From a virus (Duplodnaviria; Heunggongvirae; Uroviricota; Caudoviricetes; Herelleviridae): 64,000 nucleotides of DNA. Made by a program: the position numbers and the translations under genes. Where the stretch lies: positions 27,054 to 91,053 of IMG/VR virus record IMGVR_UViG_2974542590_000001. The stretch is one strand, 5' to 3'. Below the pieces are notes generated by a model. The model did not search any database and had not been told where the DNA came from. It was given only the letters and a program-made list of their open reading frames with translations. Shown in pieces: positions 47,124 through 56,978 of the stretch; the stretch's first letter is position 1; each line of letters begins with the position of its first letter.

Positions 47124-50100
47124 TTAAACTCGTTTCATTTCTTTTGTAAAGAAACTCATTGCATCATCGACTGATTGCATAATCTTACCTGCTGTTTTAT
47201 TGCCGATTTCATTAGCCATACTTTCAGAAGTTCCGCCACCTTGTACGGTTACGCTAACTTTAACTTCGTTCGTATTGTTTAATGTTGGTGCCTGTGCTGA
47301 ATTACCGGAACCTGATAGGCTAATTCCACCTACACGAGAAGACCAGTTATCCCCAGAACCATTACCAAACAAACGGAATTTCTGTGCAGTTTTACGAGTA
47401 GCTTCTGCTAACAGTCTAGGAGCTGTAGGTTGGTGCGGGTTAATAACATATTCATCTTGTCCCGGTACCTCACCAAGTAAGGCATGTTCCGGAGAAGTGA
47501 TATGTCCACCCATTGCGTGAGTCTTACTACCCGTTGGACCCCAGCCCGTACTACCATTTTGGTAACGATTATTCCATGAGCCTAGGTCTTTTTGCCAGTT
47601 ACTATTGTTAAAGAACGCTAGTAGTTGGTCATAACCACTCATGATGTTATCGTGTCCGTTTACTTTGTAAGCATCGAATGTAGATTGGATATATTGTAGA
47701 AGTCCTTTAGCACCACCAGAGCCGTTGAAGTTATTCTCATCAATGATTTGTTGAATAGCCTTTTCATCACCACCAGACTCTGCTTGAATCAGTTTAAGTA
47801 TTGTGTCCACATCTTGGTCAGTAACGTCTACCCCCAGTTGCTTAGAAGCTTGACGGATGGCTTTTTCCCAGTCTCCACCAAAATCTTTACTTGCAGGGTC
47901 GTCACCGATACCACCACTATCACTACTATCACTAGAACCTTTATCATCCTTTGAGTTACCAAAGATGCCGTTTTGATTTCTAGCTTGGTTTAGGATTCGT
48001 TGTGCTCTGTCAAGTAATTTTGAGTAAATAGACAAGTTGGTTGCTTCCTCAGCATTATTTTCAGCACGTGTTTTTTCAGAAAGGACATGTTTGTTTGCCA
48101 TGTCTCGTTCTTCCTGTTTACCAGATTTGTTCTCTTGTCCCTTAAGCGTTTTTTGTCCACCTGCGGAAGTACCTGTATCTACTTCGTCTGCATAAGCTTC
48201 CTCTCCACCAAAGAACTTACGAACGCCATCTACTAAACTACCACCTGCCTTATCCCCTAATAAACTACCTGCAATTGAGCCTATACCACCACCAATTAAT
48301 GTACCTACACCGGGTAATATCATTGTACCTATTGTCGCACCTATACTACCTCCGGCAAGTCCCCCAGCAAGTCCCCCTGCATTTTCACCTACAGCACGAA
48401 CCTTATCATCGGATGTAGCTATATCTAAAGCAGAAGTTGCTAAAGCTATAGGCATTGCAGCTTTTCCTAAAAATTTGCTAAATTTACCTGTAGATTTTCC
48501 TGCATCTGTTACAATATTTGCCTTTCCTGCATCCCTCACAGCAGTTCCTGCATCTGTTATTCCTTTTACTAACCCACCTTCGGATTTCCCTGTTTTAAAA
48601 GCTTCTTTTGCTGTCTTAAAAAAGTTTCCACCCGCACTAGTTGGCTCGACCGCTTTAGTTGGTGTGTTCTCTGTTGAGAACAACGTACCTATTTTTTGTC
48701 TTATTTTACCAGAGAATAAAGACATACCACCAGAGGTCATTAAGGCAGTTGCTAAGGCACCCATACCTGCGCCTAGAGCATACATACCCGGTGGGATTCC
48801 TCCTAGTTTAGAGTTAATTCCTCGTAGAGCATCACCATAATCATTAATACCGGAAGCTTGTTTCTCAGTTACTGCTTCGGAACGGTTAGCCATACCCTCT
48901 TTAGAGTTAGCATAGTCATCTGCATTCTTCTTGTACTTGTCCTTACCAGTAGACTGGCTTTCATTCATAATCTTATTGATATTTTCTTCATTTAGATTAC
49001 CATTTGCGAAGGCTTCCCACATAGCATCTATCTGGTCATTTTTTGCATTAGTCCCAAACAAATCATGAAGAGCAGAACCAAATACAAATTTTTGGTAATC
49101 TTCGCTACCTCCGGATTGTTGCACGCTTCCAATAATAGCTCCTACATTTTCCGCAGTAGCTCCTTCTTCAACTTTACCTTTTAAAGCGTACATACCCTCG
49201 CCACCTTGGTATTTTGTACCTTTACCCAAAAGTAGGGAGGCTTTGTTATTCCAGATACTGTTTTGGATACCTGCTGATAAGCTAGTCATTAACTCGGCAC
49301 CCTGTTCACCTTGGACGGCACGAGAACCAGTTTTGTTCAACAATGTAAGCATAGCCATTTGTTGTTTAAGTTCCTCATTACTACCGTTACGTCCACTAAA
49401 CGATTGGTCACTTAATGTTTTCAAAGCATTTAACTGCTCTTTTTCACGACCTACCATACCAGATTTTTGGATAGCTCCTAAGAAACCTTCTTGAATCGCT
49501 TTAATTTGGTCTTTACCGCTCACAGCGCCTCTACGCATTTGGTCGTTCATGAATCCACTTAAGGTTTCAGAATCAACAGGAACTGCACGTGAACCTTCTG
49601 CTAAAGCTCTAGTATTGGATGTTAAGTCTTCTTTGTTGGTAAATCCGATATTACTTAACGCATCTTCTTGGAATTGAAGCATATCAGCCCCTTTATATCC
49701 AAGTTGCTTCTCAATACCCATCGTTTGAGCTTCTTTACGGATAGCACGGAAGTCTCCATTTCCAGTACGTTGCCCTAAAGAGATAGTCGAATCACGCATA
49801 CCTGCATTAGCAGTAGCTCCTTTAGCGTATAAGCCCCCTATTGCCGCCATAGCAGAGCCTATACCTGCAATAGCTATAGATGGCGCACGAGAAGCTATAA
49901 CGCCCGCAGTGGAGTTCCTATCCGCCTCTACTTTGACATTACTATTGTTTAACTGGTCTGTTTTAGCTTTTAAATTCTCAATAGTATCATTCAAGGTCTG
50001 ATTAAATTTCTTACGAGCTTCAATCTCTTGTTCAATACCTTTGATTTCCTCTAAGATAGATGTCTCTCTGTTCTTACGAACCTGTCTATCTAAGTTTGTG

Positions 50101-50762
50101 TCAGAACGTACTTGCGATAGTTCTTCTTGTCGTCTACGGTATTGTTCTCTTAATTGAGCTTGTCGTTCCTTGTTTTCTCGTTGTGTATCTGAATATAGAC
50201 CAACACCACCTAAATCCTTCTTCATACTTTCAGATTGATTGTGGGTCATTCTACCTGTGGAGGTAGCTTGGTGTGCTCTATGGTTTACACGAGAGTTTAC
50301 ACGGTTTAACTCTTGTTGAGCTTTCTTGATTGCTTGGAGAGCCTTTTCTTGCTCGGTTAGTTCTTCTCTATATGCTCTTTGTTCTTTTAAAGCTGTTTTA
50401 TTCGTAAAGTTCGGGTTAGCCTTCATACTTGCTAACTTTTGGAACTCATTTTGTGTTTTTTGGAACTCACTTTGTAACTGTTCTAGGTTTGCACGTGCAC
50501 GTTTAAAGTCTGTCATGCTACCTGTAGCTTCTGCCATAGAACTTTGTTTTTCAAAGTTTCTATCTAGTTCCTTTTTCATTTGGATAAGACGTTGCATATC
50601 GGCTACTGCTTCATCTATTTCCCGTTGAGTTGTATGGAAAAACTTCTGGGTACCCTTTGCACTTTTAGAGTCAATTTTATCCATCAACTTGTTAACTTCT
50701 TCTAATTTTGCAATGGCATCCCCAGTCATTGCATCAACATAAAACCGATAGTTGTTAGCCAT
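47124..50762 (-). CDS. Tape measure protein with lytic transglycosylase domain
   Basis: Coiled-coil N-terminus, Gly/Ala-rich TM-like segments, IQAESGG...AKGLLQYI. Confidence 0.88.
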   Translation of the reverse strand: MANNYRFYVDAMTGDAIAKLEEVNKLMDKIDSKSAKGTQKFFHTTQREIDEAVADMQRLIQMKKELDRNFEKQSSMAEATGSMTDFKRARANLEQLQSEFQKTQNEFQKLASMKANPNFTNKTALKEQRAYREELTEQEKALQAIKKAQQELNRVNSRVNHRAHQATSTGRMTHNQSESMKKDLGGVGLYSDTQRENKERQAQLREQYRRRQEELSQVRSDTNLDRQVRKNRETSILEEIKGIEQEIEARKKFNQTLNDTIENLKAKTDQLNNSNVKVEADRNSTAGVIASRAPSIAIAGIGSAMAAIGGLYAKGATANAGMRDSTISLGQRTGNGDFRAIRKEAQTMGIEKQLGYKGADMLQFQEDALSNIGFTNKEDLTSNTRALAEGSRAVPVDSETLSGFMNDQMRRGAVSGKDQIKAIQEGFLGAIQKSGMVGREKEQLNALKTLSDQSFSGRNGSNEELKQQMAMLTLLNKTGSRAVQGEQGAELMTSLSAGIQNSIWNNKASLLLGKGTKYQGGEGMYALKGKVEEGATAENVGAIIGSVQQSGGSEDYQKFVFGSALHDLFGTNAKNDQIDAMWEAFANGNLNEENINKIMNESQSTGKDKYKKNADDYANSKEGMANRSEAVTEKQASGINDYGDALRGINSKLGGIPPGMYALGAGMGALATALMTSGGMSLFSGKIRQKIGTLFSTENTPTKAVEPTSAGGNFFKTAKEAFKTGKSEGGLVKGITDAGTAVRDAGKANIVTDAGKSTGKFSKFLGKAAMPIALATSALDIATSDDKVRAVGENAGGLAGGLAGGSIGATIGTMILPGVGTLIGGGIGSIAGSLLGDKAGGSLVDGVRKFFGGEEAYADEVDTGTSAGGQKTLKGQENKSGKQEERDMANKHVLSEKTRAENNAEEATNLSIYSKLLDRAQRILNQARNQNGIFGNSKDDKGSSDSSDSGGIGDDPASKDFGGDWEKAIRQASKQLGVDVTDQDVDTILKLIQAESGGDEKAIQQIIDENNFNGSGGAKGLLQYIQSTFDAYKVNGHDNIMSGYDQLLAFFNNSNWQKDLGSWNNRYQNGSTGWGPTGSKTHAMGGHITSPEHALLGEVPGQDEYVINPHQPTAPRLLAEATRKTAQKFRLFGNGSGDNWSSRVGGISLSGSGNSAQAPTLNNTNEVKVSVTVQGGGTSESMANEIGNKTAGKIMQSVDDAMSFFTKEMKRV

Positions 50763-50811
50763 ATTTCCACACTTCCTTTACAAAGAAAAGGTAGGGTTTT
50801 ACCCTACCCTC

Positions 50812-51405
50812 CTATATTACGAAATCATCATCTAATGATGTTGGTTCAATTTCTTTCTCACCATTGAATAGAGCAATTGCATCTTGAATATCATCTTGCT
50901 TAAGTTGAGATTTAAACTCTAAATTCTTACGCTCTTCCTCTAATTCAATTGGGGTTTTATCTCCCCACTTATTACCACCATGTTTCTCAATACGTTTAGC
51001 TTCTTCAATAGCTTTCTGTACATTGTTAGCAATAAGTTCATTGATTGTGTCTTCCTCAATCGTTGTACCACCTTCGGCACGGATTGCATCGACTTCCTGA
51101 CTAGCTTCCCAACGAGCTTTAAGTTTAGCCATGTCTTCTTCTGTAGTGATTTCATTAAGCTTACGAGCAATCTCGGCTTCGTCATGACCTTCACGTATAG
51201 GGTTAAACTCTTCATGAGGCACTTCATACCAAGAAGCATCTAAGTCTTCGTATTCACCTTCAAGAGCAAGACCTTTAGCTCTACGTTGTTCTTCCTCAAC
51301 ATCTCTTTCCATGTTATACAGAATCCATTCTATTTGTTCATGTGTCAGATTTTGCCATGCAGGGTCACTAGGTAACACATTAAACTTCTTCATAATAGCC
51401 CACAT
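50812..51405 (-). CDS. Tail assembly chaperone, downstream ORF (probably reached by frameshift)
   Basis: Just upstream of tape measure; no RBS before ATG; frame stays open back into upstream ORF. Confidence 0.75.
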   Translation of the reverse strand: MWAIMKKFNVLPSDPAWQNLTHEQIEWILYNMERDVEEEQRRAKGLALEGEYEDLDASWYEVPHEEFNPIREGHDEAEIARKLNEITTEEDMAKLKARWEASQEVDAIRAEGGTTIEEDTINELIANNVQKAIEEAKRIEKHGGNKWGDKTPIELEEERKNLEFKSQLKQDDIQDAIALFNGEKEIEPTSLDDDFVI

Positions 51406-51460
51406 GTTACGGCTATAGTTGTTTCTAACAAGGGTTTTTATACCCCCTAAACTTTCTAAA

Positions 51461-51934
51461 TTAGAATCGAAAGGAGTTTAACCACTCCGCAAAGTCCTTT
51501 CCGATTACGTTTAGGATATAGATGTTATAAATGTCTTCATCTCTTTCTAGCTCTTTTGGAACCTCTACACCACAAACACGTATAGTAGCTAACGTGTGAT
51601 AGCATTGGAAGATAAAGTTACTTACTGCCATACCCATGCCTTCTAGGTAAGCCTCACGCATTGCTTGAATTTTACCTTGTTGTACAACGTTAGGGGCTTT
51701 GATTTTAATATCAAATTCCAATCCAAATTCTTTAAAATCATAGTGTTTTGAGAACACATTGTTAACTCCCGGAATAATTCGGTTAAGTTCTTTATGTTCT
51801 GCTTCTGCATTATGATATTTAAGTAAATTAATTTCTTCGTCTGTTAGATTTTCCCCACGGTTAATCTTTTCGATAAGCTGTTCACGAGTCATGTTAAGCT
51901 GAGGGAAATCAACCTTGTTTTCTTTTTCAGTCAT
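51461..51934 (-). CDS. Tail assembly chaperone, upstream ORF
   Basis: AGGAGG RBS; between tube and tape measure; ends WLNSFRF. Confidence 0.8.
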   Translation of the reverse strand: MTEKENKVDFPQLNMTREQLIEKINRGENLTDEEINLLKYHNAEAEHKELNRIIPGVNNVFSKHYDFKEFGLEFDIKIKAPNVVQQGKIQAMREAYLEGMGMAVSNFIFQCYHTLATIRVCGVEVPKELERDEDIYNIYILNVIGKDFAEWLNSFRF

Positions 51935-52018
51935 TACTTATTCCTCCTATGTCTTTCATAAGTTAATATAGCATTCTATACTTATTATAGCACACTAGTT
52001 AGTTGCCTCTATGAAAGC

Positions 52019-52103
52019 AAAAAAAATAGACCTAGCACTCCTGCTAGGTCATGTGTAAGATAAAGATAAGAAAGATTAAGTTCGAAAATGTATACCAACT
52101 ACA
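52019..52103 (-). ncRNA. Candidate small RNA (about 85 nt)
   Basis: Consensus promoter followed within about 60 nt by terminator GACCTAGCA-GGAG-TGCTAGGTC-TATTTTTTTT, no RBS or ORF. Confidence 0.6.
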
Positions 52104-52109
52104 ATACTA

Positions 52110-52138
52110 ATTATATAGATACATGTGCATATTGTCAA
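52110..52138 (-). promoter_or_regulatory. Perfect sigmaA consensus promoter
   Basis: TTGACA-17 nt-TATAAT with AT-rich upstream tract. Confidence 0.88.
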
Positions 52139-52166
52139 TACCAAAATTAAAAAAAATAGACCCTGT

Positions 52167-53504
52167 TTATTTCTTATTTTGCTCTAAAGCTTCTTGAACT
52201 TGTTGAATGACTTCTTCATTTGAAAGAGTATATGGTAGCTCTAATAAGGTAACTCCGTTGCTTTTACAATAAGCTCGTTTTGCTTCGTCTGACTGCTTGA
52301 TTGCCTCAAATACTTTATCCCCTCCGAAATGTTCAATGGGCTCATAATGTTGTATACCATTATATTCGATAGCTAATCTGTACTCCGGCAAATAAAAATC
52401 AAAAGCAAGTGGGAACTTCCGAATATCTGTGTAAATACGGTGCTCTCTTACATAAGAAACCCCTACCTTGTTTAAATATGTTTGTAATAGTTGTTCTCCT
52501 CCACTAGCCTTGCAAGTAGGGCACCAACCATGTCCTTGGAACAGTCTGTACCAAAAAGTAGTGAATTGGTGTCCTTCGGGACATGTGAGTTCCAACCGAG
52601 TGTGTGAGTCCAAGTGGTCTAGTGATTCCCACTTAAACCCTCGTTCATTAACAAGGTCAGCAGTTAGCCGAATTTGCTCTTCTTGAGTAACTATTCGCAA
52701 ACTGTCCAACTTGTCGTTATGTTCTATTGCATGTAAGAAAGAACTTACTGGAACTTCACATAGGTACCCTTGGTAGTTACCAGTTAGCTTCCTACAGGAT
52801 AATACGGCTTTACTTCGGTGTCTACTGTTTTTGACTACTCCTATAAACTCAAAGCCAAATTTACTACACAACCGCTGATAATACTTGATTACAGACTCCG
52901 AGGTTAATGAACGTAAGGTAGGTTCACGCATATCCCGTATACCTGCATTTTCTATTTCTCCTATTAAACCTTCATATTTGCCTGAGTTAAACTTAAATTT
53001 AACTCGGTTGTGGGTGCCTGTGTACTCGTCTAGTATCGTAGTATCATATTTTCCTTCCCACCGAGCATATCTTTCTACATAGGATTCTGAGGCAATAGCT
53101 GTTCTCCTAGACTGATTATCAAAGTATTTAATCCACTTCCCGTACAATCCATTCCATGCAGGTGTATTTGTTAACTTACCTTCTGGATTTTTAAGTCGCA
53201 TACGTTTAGTAGGTAGATAATCTTCTGGATACTCCACAATAGTATAACCCCGTTTAGTAGACTCAACGTCCATAAATCTCTTTCTTTCACTAGGCATGAG
53301 CTTGTTCATTTTTATTTCTTTACGAGCTCCTATCCGTTCTCTTTGTCGAATGTAGATAGGTTCAATTTCTGCTAAATAGCCCTCGTAACGTCCAAAGGTT
53401 ACTTGGCAGAGTATTGGAGTAGCCTTGTCTACATAAGTACCTAAGGGTTCAAAACCCCACTTTCTGTATAAGTTGAATAGAGCGGTAGTATCCACGGCTT
53501 TCAT
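52167..53504 (-). CDS. Putative free-standing homing endonuclease (repeats, zinc ribbon, PD-(D/E)XK/Vsr-like domain)
   Basis: CPEGH...CPTC; LAFDFYLP...IEYNGIQHY...KRAYCKSNGVTLLELPY. Confidence 0.75.
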   Translation of the reverse strand: MKAVDTTALFNLYRKWGFEPLGTYVDKATPILCQVTFGRYEGYLAEIEPIYIRQRERIGARKEIKMNKLMPSERKRFMDVESTKRGYTIVEYPEDYLPTKRMRLKNPEGKLTNTPAWNGLYGKWIKYFDNQSRRTAIASESYVERYARWEGKYDTTILDEYTGTHNRVKFKFNSGKYEGLIGEIENAGIRDMREPTLRSLTSESVIKYYQRLCSKFGFEFIGVVKNSRHRSKAVLSCRKLTGNYQGYLCEVPVSSFLHAIEHNDKLDSLRIVTQEEQIRLTADLVNERGFKWESLDHLDSHTRLELTCPEGHQFTTFWYRLFQGHGWCPTCKASGGEQLLQTYLNKVGVSYVREHRIYTDIRKFPLAFDFYLPEYRLAIEYNGIQHYEPIEHFGGDKVFEAIKQSDEAKRAYCKSNGVTLLELPYTLSNEEVIQQVQEALEQNKK

Positions 53505-53535
53505 ATTAACACCTCTTTAACTAGTTTGTACCTAT

Positions 53536-53564
53536 ATCATATCACTTAGTTAAATAAATGTCAA
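53536..53564 (-). promoter_or_regulatory. sigmaA-like promoter of endonuclease gene
   Basis: TTGACA-17 nt-TATGAT. Confidence 0.75.
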
Positions 53565-53645
53565 TACTAAAGTTTTAAAAATTTCGTATTTAGGAAAAAT
53601 CGTTAAAAAATTGGAATGTTTCACAGAAAAACGATTCTAAGACAT

Positions 53646-53680
53646 AAAAAAACGTTTCTAGGAAAAACCCTAGAAACGTT
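53646..53680 (-). terminator. Intrinsic terminator after tail tube
   Basis: AACGTTTCTAGG/CCTAGAAACGTT stem then T run. Confidence 0.88.
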
Positions 53681-53689
53681 GATTTAAAG

Positions 53690-54112
53690 CTATTTAACCT
53701 TCGCCGAAGTTAAGTAGGTGAACTGAGTTGACTCACTAGTGATTTCATTAGCTGTGAAACTTTCACTGTATGATACAGCTGAGCACCCACGATATGCCAC
53801 CACGATTTCTTTAGTTAAGTTATCCATCATTACGATGTCGATAATATCACGTTGAAGAATATCTTCACCTAGAGCAGTAATACCTAAGCTTGCTAAGTCT
53901 TCTTTCTTCATACGCATACGTTCAAGGTTGATTGTACCTTCATATTTCAAGTATACGTGTTCTTGTGGCATGATACTACCAATTTCGTATACACCTTGTG
54001 TACCATATTGACGTTCACCAGATGCAGATTGTGCACGTCCGATAATTTTGTTACCAATCATCAAGTAAACTGTGTTACCTGTGTGGACTGTTTGATTTCC
54101 AACGCTAGCCAT
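53690..54112 (-). CDS. Tail tube protein
   Basis: QTVHTGNTV...GVYEIGSIMPQEHVYLKYEG; follows sheath. Confidence 0.92.
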   Translation of the reverse strand: MASVGNQTVHTGNTVYLMIGNKIIGRAQSASGERQYGTQGVYEIGSIMPQEHVYLKYEGTINLERMRMKKEDLASLGITALGEDILQRDIIDIVMMDNLTKEIVVAYRGCSAVSYSESFTANEITSESTQFTYLTSAKVK

Positions 54113-54177
54113 CTATGTTTCACTCCTATTTTAGATTATTTTTAGTAAGGTATAGGGGGCTAAAAGCCCCCGACCTG

Positions 54178-55887
54178 TTATGCTGTCAAGATTTGTTGTT
54201 TGTACACTAGTTGTACAGTAATCTTGTTCAAGCTACGGATTGGCATTACAGTCAAGCTGATAGATGCTACATCCCCTTCAAGAACAACTTGTACTTCTTC
54301 TGGTGTGTAATCTTGGATTTCACGAGCACGTTTTTTCTTATCTAGGAATGATTGGATGAAGTTTTTAATCAAGCTTGCGCTTGTATCTACAACTTTAGTT
54401 CCAATGAAGTTGTTATCTAGTTCAATCTTCAATTCAGATACTAGGAAGTCGTTTGCTTCACCTACAGACATTTCGTTCTTAACTGGGTCTGTTTTATCGT
54501 TGTAAGTTGTAACGTCTTGAACGATACGGAATGCAGTTAAGGAACGGTTACGTACATACTCAACAGCGATAACACCACTTTCATTAAGCATGTCTAACTG
54601 ACCACTTTCGTAGATACGGTCTACACTTGTTACTGTGAAGTGTTTAAACGTAATTGCTTCACCGATTTCAAGCCCACTTGCAATACCTGCAATTTGTGAA
54701 GCCATCATGTAGCCCGGTAATTTAAGCAAACGTCCATCATCCATTTTACGAGTTCCAGAGAATCCTACTACAGAAGCTCTTGGGTCACGTAAGTTTGTAG
54801 CACGTGCAATGCTTTCTTCAACTGTTTCATTCGTTCCACCACCAACAACGATACGCATAGGGTCTCCATTGTCTGTACGGTCTTTAACGAATGCTAAAGC
54901 TTCTGAATGGACAGCTTGTTTGTCTGTCAATGGTACTAAGTAGTAACCACCTTCATTAGCTAGTAGAGGGAATTTGTCAGCCCAAGATTCTGGAACTGTT
55001 CCATCTGTACCACCAGAAAGATTAGTTAACGCAAAGGTTTGGATTGGAGTTGCACGGTCAATTTCTACTGTTACATAGTCATTGTATTCCAATTGTTTAG
55101 CAATGTCTCCACCTAGAGCTTCAACATATTTCTCACCTGTTTTAACATCAGCTTTGTCTACTTTATCAAATGTTTCAGTAGGTACATTTTTATCTCCGAT
55201 AGGGAATAATTTAGCTTCCCAGTCAGGTAGACTGTTAATTGCACTTACTAATACGTTTGTATCAGAGTAAATACCTTGTCCTAAGCTATATTCCATTACA
55301 GGAGTTTGGGACTCAGCCTCAGCACCTGCACTTAGAATAAGTTTATTTGCCTTCTTAGTAATACTATCTTCTGTAATAGAGAAGGAAGCTTGTGCTTGTT
55401 CTCCTGTATACTTGATAGAGAAGATTTTACCTAGGTTATCGAATACTTTGTTGTATCCATCTTTTGCAAATGCGATTGTTAGACGTTTAGTATGTGTTAA
55501 ACTATTGTCTTCCAAAGCAACTTGCATTTCGTTTGCATCTAAACCATAAATAGTAGATGCGATGGTTAAACCACCTTTTTTGATTTTTGCGTTAGTAGCA
55601 TTTTCTACACGCAATGCTAAAATGTCACCTGCGGATGCAGTGTTCACATCAGAAGCGTTCCATGCTAATTCAATAGCATCCAATAGCTCACCACTACGTA
55701 ATGTAGCTTTAGCTTGTTGGTAGTTACGGAAACGATAAACTGTATTAGGTTTACCACCTTTAGCAGAACCTACTAACATTAATGTTTTTTCAGAACTGTT
55801 AGATGCACCACCGATACCAGAAGTATCTACAGTAATTTCAGTATGTGGACGGGACACTTTTTTTCTTGGGAATTGTTCTACAGCCAT
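54178..55887 (-). CDS. Tail sheath protein
   Basis: MAVEQFPRKKVSRPHT...LRSGELLDAIELAW; 569 aa. Confidence 0.95.
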   Translation of the reverse strand: MAVEQFPRKKVSRPHTEITVDTSGIGGASNSSEKTLMLVGSAKGGKPNTVYRFRNYQQAKATLRSGELLDAIELAWNASDVNTASAGDILALRVENATNAKIKKGGLTIASTIYGLDANEMQVALEDNSLTHTKRLTIAFAKDGYNKVFDNLGKIFSIKYTGEQAQASFSITEDSITKKANKLILSAGAEAESQTPVMEYSLGQGIYSDTNVLVSAINSLPDWEAKLFPIGDKNVPTETFDKVDKADVKTGEKYVEALGGDIAKQLEYNDYVTVEIDRATPIQTFALTNLSGGTDGTVPESWADKFPLLANEGGYYLVPLTDKQAVHSEALAFVKDRTDNGDPMRIVVGGGTNETVEESIARATNLRDPRASVVGFSGTRKMDDGRLLKLPGYMMASQIAGIASGLEIGEAITFKHFTVTSVDRIYESGQLDMLNESGVIAVEYVRNRSLTAFRIVQDVTTYNDKTDPVKNEMSVGEANDFLVSELKIELDNNFIGTKVVDTSASLIKNFIQSFLDKKKRAREIQDYTPEEVQVVLEGDVASISLTVMPIRSLNKITVQLVYKQQILTA

Positions 55888-55890
55888 TTA

Positions 55891-56130
55891 TTATTTAACT
55901 TCCTTTCCTATATACTTTTCCAAAAATGGAACAAAGTCGGCATCATCGTGCTGATACTCTCTCCCTGTCATGAATGCTTTGAAGCCTGCTACTTGATACT
56001 TACTCAATCCGTAAAGTACTTGTGCATAGCCCAAAAATGTATCTACGTGAACGTACCCTTTAGGCTTTGGAACCTTTTTAGGTTGTTCCTTTGGACTCTC
56101 TTGTTTAGTCTCTGTTGTTTCTTTTGCCAT
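55891..56130 (-). CDS. Small protein upstream of sheath
   Basis: KGYVHVDTFL; coupled to upstream gene. Confidence 0.75.
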   Translation of the reverse strand: MAKETTETKQESPKEQPKKVPKPKGYVHVDTFLGYAQVLYGLSKYQVAGFKAFMTGREYQHDDADFVPFLEKYIGKEVK

Positions 56131-56975
56131 TAGGCTTTCATCCTCCTTTTGGTAATAATTTCTCGTATTTGTCGGTTTAAATCAAAACTAATAGAATTAG
56201 TCACTTTATACCCGATTGTACAAGGTCTACCAAATACTACTGTCTCACCTGATTCAATTACAGGTTGCATGTCTCCAAAGTGTAATGTCTGTAGCATGTA
56301 TCCTGTTTTCTCATCTAAGCTGTCACGCATCGTAATAAGAATTAATCTTGCGATGGCATCTAGACAGCGGGCAGTGTCCATATTTGTACTAATTCCGACA
56401 ATGTTTACGGTATCGGAGGATTGGTACCCTTTGTAAACACCTGCTACATCCTCATCAGACTCTTTCACAGTATAAACAATATTAAAAGATTTACCTTCTA
56501 AATGTTCATTACCGGAATAATCAAATACAGGCTTGTTGTTTTCAATTCTGAAATGGTCGCTTTCTGAAAAACTAATATCTGGGCTATTCAAAAAATCAGC
56601 TACAGGCTTTGTTGTGTTCATAATTAAATCTTTTCCATTACGGACAAGTTGAACAGCTTCATTAACTATATCACCTTCTCGGTAAGTATAGCCTCCCTGT
56701 ATACCACCCATTGACTTATTCTCCTCATCACTCCCACCTAGTGTAATCACATAACGAGCATTAAAGTTCTGCTTCTCCTGTGGGAAAGAATACGACATTT
56801 CGATTTCTTTCTTTGGAGCCTTACCGTCAATTGAACAGTAAGTGTTTTTAAATGTCTCTAAAGCTTGGGAATCTATCTCCTTCAAAGCTTCGTCTATAAT
56901 ATAGCACTCTTCTAAGATAATTCTCAGTCTTTCTTCAAATTCTTTATACAAGTAAGTGTCTAAACTTGGTATCAT
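56130..56975 (-). CDS. Neck / tail terminator-like protein
   Basis: Position in neck cluster, 281 aa. Confidence 0.65.
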   Translation of the reverse strand: MIPSLDTYLYKEFEERLRIILEECYIIDEALKEIDSQALETFKNTYCSIDGKAPKKEIEMSYSFPQEKQNFNARYVITLGGSDEENKSMGGIQGGYTYREGDIVNEAVQLVRNGKDLIMNTTKPVADFLNSPDISFSESDHFRIENNKPVFDYSGNEHLEGKSFNIVYTVKESDEDVAGVYKGYQSSDTVNIVGISTNMDTARCLDAIARLILITMRDSLDEKTGYMLQTLHFGDMQPVIESGETVVFGRPCTIGYKVTNSISFDLNRQIREIITKRRMKA

Positions 56976-56978
56976 CTT

